The notes under the pieces were generated by a model. The model searched no databases. It saw nothing but the letters and a program-made list of their open reading frames with translations, and was not told the DNA's origin. The position numbers and the translations under genes are program-made. Source: Candidatus Cloacimonadales bacterium (GTDB lineage Bacteria; Cloacimonadota; Cloacimonadia; Cloacimonadales; JAIOQZ01). Taken from it: a stretch of DNA of 64,000 nucleotides. Below are positions 57,908 to 64,000 of this stretch, in pieces; within the stretch, counting starts at the first letter, position 1; every line of letters starts with the position of its first letter. The stretch is taken from positions 36,621-100,620 of the forward strand of contig CALODV010000005.1 of the NCBI GenBank assembly GCA_942492065.1. Direction: 5' to 3'.

Positions 57908-58633
57908 TTATTTCTCTAAATCCTGAATAAATCCTAACATCTCAAATATTGAAATCTCACCGATTTTTTTCTGTTTGCCAAAGTGTTTTTCCATTTTATC
58001 AGCAAGATCTCCCACTTTACAATGGAGTATGCCTGAGAACAAATTATTCATAATCGGAATAGCCTGCTTTATAACTTTCGGTTCAACTTTCATCTTAGCA
58101 GGTTCTGCAACCTTCTTACTTTCTTCTACAACATCTTCCTGCTTCTGATTAGTCAGAAGACTGGCTATATCCAGATCAGTTTCATCATCATTATCTGCTT
58201 CTTCAAATGCATCATTCTTCTTGGGATCAAATGAACTGTTATCAGCTTTATTGTCAGTTGCAACCATATTTTCTGCTGCGACCACGGGTTCTTCCGGTAT
58301 CTCACTTTCCTGAACATCCAGTTCTTCAGGGAACTCGGAAAGAGGCATGTCGGATTCCAGTGCTTCCTGATATTCGTTATATTTACTTTTGGATAGAATC
58401 ATGAACTTACCGACTTCTTTATCGGTGAAGATAGATTTGACAGGCTCGCTTAAATCACCGCTGCTGACTAATAATTCCTGAAGCTCCTTGATCTTCTGTT
58501 GAGTCTCATCTTCAGGTTTTGTAAAATACAATTTCTTGTATGTCACCAGAGCATCAATAATCTGATTCTGACTTTCATATAGTTTTGCCAGCGTGAGTGT
58601 TGGTCCCAACTCATTCGGTTTCAGTTTTTCCAT
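57908..58633 (-). CDS. Hypothetical protein with N-terminal TPR-like helix pair and acidic linker
   Basis: TLTLAKLYESQ..AL..YKKL; Glu/Asp-rich middle; overlaps the comEA stop. Confidence 0.65.
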   Translation of the reverse strand: MEKLKPNELGPTLTLAKLYESQNQIIDALVTYKKLYFTKPEDETQQKIKELQELLVSSGDLSEPVKSIFTDKEVGKFMILSKSKYNEYQEALESDMPLSEFPEELDVQESEIPEEPVVAAENMVATDNKADNSSFDPKKNDAFEEADNDDETDLDIASLLTNQKQEDVVEESKKVAEPAKMKVEPKVIKQAIPIMNNLFSGILHCKVGDLADKMEKHFGKQKKIGEISIFEMLGFIQDLEK

Positions 58634-59066
58634 TAACTTCTCCTGTCGTTATCATATCTTTAAGTTTTTCAAACTTCTTTATTCCAATACCATTTACTTT
58701 TAACAAATCATCTATATCAGTGAATTTACCTGCAGTATTTCTGTAATCCAGAATCTTTTTCGCTGTTGCCTCTCCAATACCGGGCAAACTGCACAGCTCA
58801 TCTTTATCTGCTGCATTGATGTTAACTGAAATCAATGTTTCAGAGCTGCCTTTTAACATAGACTCCGCAATATCTGTTTCTTCACTGTCATTTACATTTT
58901 TGGGAGCTGTATTTATTTGCTCAACCTGCATATTATCAATTGCAATTTCATCAGATGTTCCATTGGCAGGTTTTAAGCCAATTGCTTTAATAACAACCGA
59001 TAGCATCACAGCTCCGAGAATGAATAATATTATTCTAAGCTCATTTGCTGTAAATATTTTTTTCAT
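58611..59066 (-). CDS. comEA: ComEA family helix-hairpin-helix DNA-binding protein
   Basis: N-terminal TM; VNINAA..EL.SLPGIG..A.KI..YR..F..DLL.V.GIG. Confidence 0.88.
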   Translation of the reverse strand: MKKIFTANELRIILFILGAVMLSVVIKAIGLKPANGTSDEIAIDNMQVEQINTAPKNVNDSEETDIAESMLKGSSETLISVNINAADKDELCSLPGIGEATAKKILDYRNTAGKFTDIDDLLKVNGIGIKKFEKLKDMITTGEVNGKTETE

Positions 59067-59069
59067 ATC

Positions 59070-59462
59070 TTATTTTCTGGGCTTTAGAAATTTAGATTCT
59101 GCTTTAACACAGATATTGTCTTCAGAGTCTGTTATTTCCCCTGAACAGAGAAACAATCTGGAAGATTTCTTATTGATTCTGCTCGTGACAGTATACTCAT
59201 TACCAACACTCACCTGTTTAAGAAAATCTACATTAATGTTCACCGTAAAAGCCGTAATATCTTCATCAAGCAAAACTTTCGCCATTGCCTCATCCATGAT
59301 TGTACTGAGAATACCACCGTGTACAATCCCCGGATATCCTTCATATCTGGAATCAAGGCTGAATTTACAGATCATTTCATCGTCTTTTCTTATAAACTGA
59401 AGCTTCAACCCTATGGGATTATCAACTCCACAGGCAAAACAGTTATTGTATTGTTCTTCCAT
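59070..59462 (-). CDS. PaaI family hotdog thioesterase
   Basis: CFACG.DNPIGL..YEGYPG.VHGG..TIMDE. Confidence 0.88.
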   Translation of the reverse strand: MEEQYNNCFACGVDNPIGLKLQFIRKDDEMICKFSLDSRYEGYPGIVHGGILSTIMDEAMAKVLLDEDITAFTVNINVDFLKQVSVGNEYTVTSRINKKSSRLFLCSGEITDSEDNICVKAESKFLKPRK

Positions 59463-59654
59463 AATCTTTATACCTTCTGAAATTTTTTAACTACTATTAA
59501 TGAGCTTATATCCTTCTCATTGATGATAATTTCTATTTTACTGTTTACAGCATCTTGACAAATTAAAATGTTTGCAAAATATTTCAAGTAAAAAAACATA
59601 AGAACTTGCAATATATAATTAGATAAGCCTGTAATATAAGACTCTGCAGGACCA

Positions 59655-59912
59655 ATGAAAGGATTTATTATGAGACCGATAGAAAGAAAAGTTATAAAAT
59701 CACTTAAAAGTGATACATTCACCATATATGATGTTGAAGAAATCGTAGATTCAACCTCCAGAACCGAGCTTAAGAAAAGCTACCCTGACGACAGCCATTT
59801 TCAGTCTGCAAAATACTTCGCAAAGAGCATCGTCAACGCCCTTCTGCGATATAAGCTTATTGAAAGAGATGGCAGTAAATTCAAGAAAATTCAGATGCAG
59901 AAGAGTGAGTAG
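59655..59912 (+). CDS. Small hypothetical protein (possible winged helix)
   Basis: 85-aa ORF; AAAGGA upstream of the second ATG; C-terminal L.R..LIERDG.KF wing-like motif. Confidence 0.5.
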   Translation: MKGFIMRPIERKVIKSLKSDTFTIYDVEEIVDSTSRTELKKSYPDDSHFQSAKYFAKSIVNALLRYKLIERDGSKFKKIQMQKSE

Positions 59913-59944
59913 ATTCTCTGAATTAATATATCTTGATTAATCAT

Positions 59945-59971
59945 GTTAGACGTTGCATGCAACGTCTCTAC
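59945..59971. repeat. REP-like palindrome family D (GTAGAGACGTTGCATGCAACGTCTCTAC-type)
   Basis: Perfect 20-bp palindrome agacgttgcatgcaacgtct at 59948-59967, between convergent genes. Confidence 0.75.
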
Positions 59972-60000
59972 ATCCTCTACAGGCATTGGTTGTGCCCCCC

Positions 60001-60570
60001 CTACTCCTTTATAGTTATAGGCAGGAAGCTCAGGAATGAGGTTACTTCAGGATAGCTGAAGATTCCTCCATTGGTATCATTGGCAAAAGGATCAATCATA
60101 TAACCTCTTGCTTTTGAAAAATCTGCTCCATAAAAACTGCACTGCTGGAATCGTGTATTATGAAACTCACTCTCATGAAAAACAGCTTTTGATAAATCAC
60201 TTTCGAGAAAATCACATTCCCTGATCACACATTCTTCGAACTTGCGTTTTGTCAGATCATTTCCATAAAATACAGAATTTGCTATTACTGACCTGTAAAA
60301 ATCTATAGAGTAAACGAACTTGTTAACAAAGCTGAAATTACATCCCATAATCTTTGAATCATAGAATTCCAGATCAAACAGCCTTGCTTTGTTTAATTTC
60401 AGCAATAACCACTCAGATGAATAAAACTTGCAGGATTTGAATGAGCCATTCGCTAAACTCATTTCTCTGAAATAACATCTTTCAAAAATGCATTCCTCAA
60501 ATTCTACACCATCCAATCTATATGATGAGAAATCTATATCAATGAATTTAGTATTCTCATAGCTTTCCAT
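60001..60570 (-). CDS. Pentapeptide repeat protein
   Basis: Regular 5-residue F/C/L periodicity (FEECIFERCYF..FSKARGY.IDP); likely ATG at 60570. Confidence 0.85.
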   Translation of the reverse strand: MESYENTKFIDIDFSSYRLDGVEFEECIFERCYFREMSLANGSFKSCKFYSSEWLLLKLNKARLFDLEFYDSKIMGCNFSFVNKFVYSIDFYRSVIANSVFYGNDLTKRKFEECVIRECDFLESDLSKAVFHESEFHNTRFQQCSFYGADFSKARGYMIDPFANDTNGGIFSYPEVTSFLSFLPITIKE

Positions 60571-60729
60571 TATTTCCAAATTATTATCTGAGGTATATGT
60601 TTTGATATCTCTCTCCTTGTTGAGCCATTTCCTTTTTCGTGCCAGAGGCAATAGATGATGTCAATTAAAATAGTTCGTATATTTACAATTATTGTTACTT
60701 CAGGTGTTTCCCTTCTGATAAAAACTTCC

Positions 60730-60758
60730 TTGACATTATTTCCACACATGCTTATTAT
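60730..60758 (+). promoter_or_regulatory. Sigma70-type promoter
   Basis: TTGACA (60730-60735), 17-nt spacer, TATTAT (60753-60758). Confidence 0.6.
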
Positions 60759-60801
60759 TAGAAAAAATGGTGTGAGCCATAAACTTAAGAAAGGAGAGGA
60801 T

Positions 60802-61179
60802 ATGTTTGAACCTGTCGAATATATTATAGGATGTCTCGTAATTATACTGACAATAAGACTGATTGTTGAGTGGAAAAGTAATTCGAAGCTGAAATCCTAT
60901 TACAAAAGCCTGTCACTTAATGTCAACAGCAGCTTGACTAAAGAAAAGATCAAGGCTAAAATTCAGGAATTATATCTGCATAACAAAATCAAGAACATCA
61001 GATACAAGGATGATTATATCTGTTTCTCTGACAGATTCGATTTCCTATCGGAAGGCAATACTTATTACATCAAGTACTCTAACCCAACAGAGCTTTATTT
61101 CAGAGGCAAGATGTATTTCTTTGCCACCAGTTACAACAAGTTTGAATCAATGAGATTCTTTCTTTCTAACGTGAAGTAA
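60802..61179 (+). CDS. Hypothetical membrane-anchored protein
   Basis: ATG at 60802 after GGAGAGG; single N-terminal TM; has its own promoter and terminator. Confidence 0.65.
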   Translation: MFEPVEYIIGCLVIILTIRLIVEWKSNSKLKSYYKSLSLNVNSSLTKEKIKAKIQELYLHNKIKNIRYKDDYICFSDRFDFLSEGNTYYIKYSNPTELYFRGKMYFFATSYNKFESMRFFLSNVK

Positions 61180-61203
61180 TTAATCACCACGATATAGAAT
61201 AAT

Positions 61204-61231
61204 GGCTGTTAGAATACCTGACAGCCTTTTT
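61204..61231 (+). terminator. Intrinsic terminator
   Basis: ggctgtta-gaatacc-tgacagcc followed by TTTTT. Confidence 0.7.
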
Positions 61232-61239
61232 AATTTGCC

Positions 61240-61785
61240 TTAAATCAAACTTTCCTGGTTTCTTGCCATTGCATCCAGACTGATCTGTAAAAACTCATCC
61301 AGCTCCATATCAAATTCAGAACAGGATGCTATCTGTTCTCTATTGGCTCCGGCAGCAAATCGAGCTGTCTTAAATTTTTTCTTCAGAGATTTCAGTTTTA
61401 TGTTTGCAATCGTCTTGTCCGGTCTCAGAATTGCAGCGGCAGTAATCAAACCTGTAATAGGATCAGCAGCATAAAGGCATTTACTAAGCAAATCTTCTCT
61501 CGGGAAGTTCCCTCCATGTGCTTTAATCGCATACAGCATATCCTCAGCAAGATCAAAATCCTTGAGAATATCCATAGCAACCAGACCATGCTTGTCGGGT
61601 AATTCATATGTTTCATCATAGTCAACATCATGCATCAGTCCGGTAATATACCATTTATCGACTTCTTCCCCGTACTTTTCAGCAAGGTTTTCCATTACAA
61701 AACCCACAGCCAGGCTGTGCTTGATCATATTATCGTTTTTCAGGTTCTCTTTTATAAGTTCTAAAGCTTGTTCTCTGTTTATCAT
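61240..61785 (-). CDS. HDIG domain metal-dependent phosphohydrolase
   Basis: KHSLAV..GLMHDVD..H..AIKAH..AADPITGLI. Confidence 0.88.
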   Translation of the reverse strand: MINREQALELIKENLKNDNMIKHSLAVGFVMENLAEKYGEEVDKWYITGLMHDVDYDETYELPDKHGLVAMDILKDFDLAEDMLYAIKAHGGNFPREDLLSKCLYAADPITGLITAAAILRPDKTIANIKLKSLKKKFKTARFAAGANREQIASCSEFDMELDEFLQISLDAMARNQESLI

Positions 61786-62558
61786 AATTTCTTCCTTATT
61801 TGTTTAGCTGTTTCATGGGCACATATACCAAAAGCTACTCCCACGTTTAAGGAGTTTTTCCAGCCCAGTAAATCAATTTTAACTACTTTATCAGCGTATT
61901 TCAGAATTTCTTCATCTATTCCATTGGCTTCATTCCCAAGAATTATAACAGCAGGTTCAATTACACCTGCTCCGGTAATTTCGACAGCACCTTCACAAGT
62001 TTCCAGGGCATAGATTGTTTTTCCTTTATCCTTACAATCCTGTAGATACTCATAAATATTGTCGGTATACATCCAGTTTATATAATCCGAGCTTCCCATA
62101 GCAGTTTTGAGTACTTTGTGATTATCCGGTGTGGCAGAATAACCAGAGAATACAAGTCGTGAAAATCCGAAGCATTCGCTTGTTCTGATGATTGATCCTA
62201 TATTAAATGTAGATCTCAGGTTATGAATCACAATTTCCACATCCAGCTTATGCATGCTTCTCAGACCGTCCGGTTGATTGATAATAAAATCATGATCTCT
62301 CAGATTAAGGTTCATCAGTCGTTCAACCTGACCTATACACTCTCTTAAATCCTTGACAGAATTGAAGTCAAAAAGCTCAGTTTTATCAATCAGATTCTTT
62401 TCTCCGTAGTGAGTAATCAAAGTTTTTAATAATTTTACTTGATTATTATCAATGCTGCGATTATTAATGATCTGATTTTCACTAAGAATAAGTAATTTTC
62501 TTAGAATCTTCAGCTTCTGTTCTGATTTAAGGTTATTGAATTTTTCAGTCGTAATCAT
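61782..62558 (-). CDS. TrmH/SpoU family RNA methyltransferase
   Basis: NLRSTFNIGSIIRT, ILGNEANGI and SLNVGVA motifs. Confidence 0.9.
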   Translation of the reverse strand: MITTEKFNNLKSEQKLKILRKLLILSENQIINNRSIDNNQVKLLKTLITHYGEKNLIDKTELFDFNSVKDLRECIGQVERLMNLNLRDHDFIINQPDGLRSMHKLDVEIVIHNLRSTFNIGSIIRTSECFGFSRLVFSGYSATPDNHKVLKTAMGSSDYINWMYTDNIYEYLQDCKDKGKTIYALETCEGAVEITGAGVIEPAVIILGNEANGIDEEILKYADKVVKIDLLGWKNSLNVGVAFGICAHETAKQIRKKL

Positions 62559-62610
62559 GTCTCAACAGAACTTGCATAATCAAAAACGTCAAGGACGAAA
62601 TGAGGAATAT

Positions 62611-63018
62611 ATGAAACACGAATTCCAGAAAAGAATTTACGGTTATGAATGTGATATCTATGGACATCTCAACAATGCTAACTATCTACAAATTTTTGAA
62701 GCAGCTCGTACAGAATTTCTGATTCTGACAGATCTTTCTATTGAAAGGCTAAGCAGAATGGGAATCAGCATATTCATCAGTGAAACCCTGATAAAATACA
62801 AGAAACCGGTTGAGCTTAATGATATTATTAAAGTTGTCAGTATGGTTAAATCATGCAGTAGAGTGAAATCTGTCTGGAAGCAGGAAATATACAACGAAAA
62901 CAATGAACTCTGTACAGTTCTTGAAATCCAAGGCGTGTTTGTAATGAATGGAAAACCTGCCAGGATTCCGAAAGAATTTCATGCAGTATACTTACAATAT
63001 GTTACATCAGATGATTGA
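62611..63018 (+). CDS. Acyl-CoA thioesterase (4HBT/YbgC-like)
   Basis: ECDIYGHLNNANYL..E.AR; ATG at 62611 after GAGG. Confidence 0.88.
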   Translation: MKHEFQKRIYGYECDIYGHLNNANYLQIFEAARTEFLILTDLSIERLSRMGISIFISETLIKYKKPVELNDIIKVVSMVKSCSRVKSVWKQEIYNENNELCTVLEIQGVFVMNGKPARIPKEFHAVYLQYVTSDD

Positions 63019-64000
63019 TAAACAGAGTTGCAAGTCCAAGAAAAGACACAAAACCGCCAATATCTGTTACCATTGTAATAACAACACTGGATGCAAGTGC
63101 CGGATCGATTTTCAGGGCTTTCATTATAACCGGGATAAACGATCCTGTTAGTCCTGCAATAAACATATTAGTTATCATAGCAGTACCAAGTACAACACCC
63201 CACCAGATGTTTCCCTTTATCAGATATGCTGCCAGCATTGCTATAGAGCCAACCCCAATACCATTCAGCAGTCCAACGGATACTTCTTTGAAAATAGCCT
63301 TGTATGTATTCCTTAGTGTCAATTCCCCAAGAGCTATACTACGAGTAATGACGGTCAAGGTTTGCGTACCGGAGTTACCTCCAAGTCCAGCTACAATCGG
63401 CATAAGCACAGCAAGAAAAGATAGTCTTTCGATTGTACCCTGGAATAAACCCACAAAGCTGGAAACAATCATCGCAGTAAAGAGGTTCAAGATTAGCCAT
63501 GGCAGTCTTTTTTTAACTGAGCTGAGCGGAGAAGTAAACACTTTATCATCAGAATCCAACCCCACGAGTTTATAAACATCTTCCGAAGCCTCTTCATCAA
63601 TTACATCGATGATATCGTCAACTGTGATACGACCAAGTAAGATTCCTTGCGGATCCACTACGGGAATAGCATAAAGATTATACTTACGGAACATATCAGC
63701 TACTTTTTCCTGGTCCATATTAACCAGAGCATATTTAACATTGGGATGAATTAAATCACGGGCAATTGTATTCGGATCAGCAATAACAAGTTTAGTTACA
63801 TCAAGAACTCCAAGTAGAACGTTCATGTCATCAACTACATAAAGATAGTGGTAATTCTCAACCTCATCCTTGTTTTTCCTTATCTCCCTGATCAGTTCAT
63901 CTCTTTTCATGTCCTGGGTCACGACGATCATCTCGGTCTGCATGAGTCCACCGGCACTATCTTCGTCGTAATTCATCAACTCTTTAATTTGCTCTGAGTC
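63002..64000 (-). CDS. mgtE: Magnesium transporter MgtE (5' part outside the window)
   Basis: CBS pair (AGGLM.TE, YYLYVVD), RLPWL, GGNSGTQT and DPALAS..VT..TD motifs; frame open to the window edge. Confidence 0.95.
   Translation of the reverse strand, partial: DSEQIKELMNYDEDSAGGLMQTEMIVVTQDMKRDELIREIRKNKDEVENYHYLYVVDDMNVLLGVLDVTKLVIADPNTIARDLIHPNVKYALVNMDQEKVADMFRKYNLYAIPVVDPQGILLGRITVDDIIDVIDEEASEDVYKLVGLDSDDKVFTSPLSSVKKRLPWLILNLFTAMIVSSFVGLFQGTIERLSFLAVLMPIVAGLGGNSGTQTLTVITRSIALGELTLRNTYKAIFKEVSVGLLNGIGVGSIAMLAAYLIKGNIWWGVVLGTAMITNMFIAGLTGSFIPVIMKALKIDPALASSVVITMVTDIGGFVSFLGLATLFINHLM

Noticed and set aside
59468-59725. 85-aa minus-strand ORF
   Set aside because: It overlaps the better-supported plus-strand ORF 59655-59912 and has no motif or RBS; it cannot be fully excluded.
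1-64000. Stop-codon recoding or selenoproteins
   Set aside because: TGA, TAA and TAG all end well-conserved genes at expected lengths, and no in-frame TGA interrupts the redox genes.

Overview
AT-rich bacterial chromosome segment using the standard genetic code. It is probably from an anaerobic diderm; Cloacimonadota-like is an inference from gene content only. From about 34.9 to 64 kb it is mostly housekeeping: mnmA-murA-prmC, a REC-kinase/STAS pair, fusA, rpsG/rpsL, rpoC/rpoB, rplL/J/A/K, nusG, secE, tRNA-Trp, rpmG, tuf, four more tRNAs, cysS, rsmD, comEA and partial mgtE. From 1 to 34.9 kb, metabolic operons are mixed with accessory genes. The metabolic operons are a biotin-dependent carboxyltransferase cluster, a NuoE/NuoF/GltD-NuoG-fusion trio resembling the Stn electron-bifurcating transhydrogenase, ArsR-permease-CMD, thioredoxins-CcdA, and TonB receptor/OB-fold lipoprotein/ATP-grasp. 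The accessory genes are a 1195-aa SIR2-domain protein, a 1263-aa calcineurin-like phosphoesterase fused to an Hsp90-like GHKL ATPase, a SatD/DUF3307 pair and a 5'-truncated RAYT-type HUH transposase. At least four families of short palindromic REP-like repeats lie in the intergenic regions. No CRISPR array, rRNA, prophage or integrase was seen. The best candidates for uncharacterised systems are the phosphoesterase-GHKL fusion, the solo SIR2 protein with a small internally duplicated neighbour, the SatD/DUF3307 pair, and the TonB receptor/OB-fold lipoprotein operon. All family assignments come from motif recognition by eye; no database searches were run.
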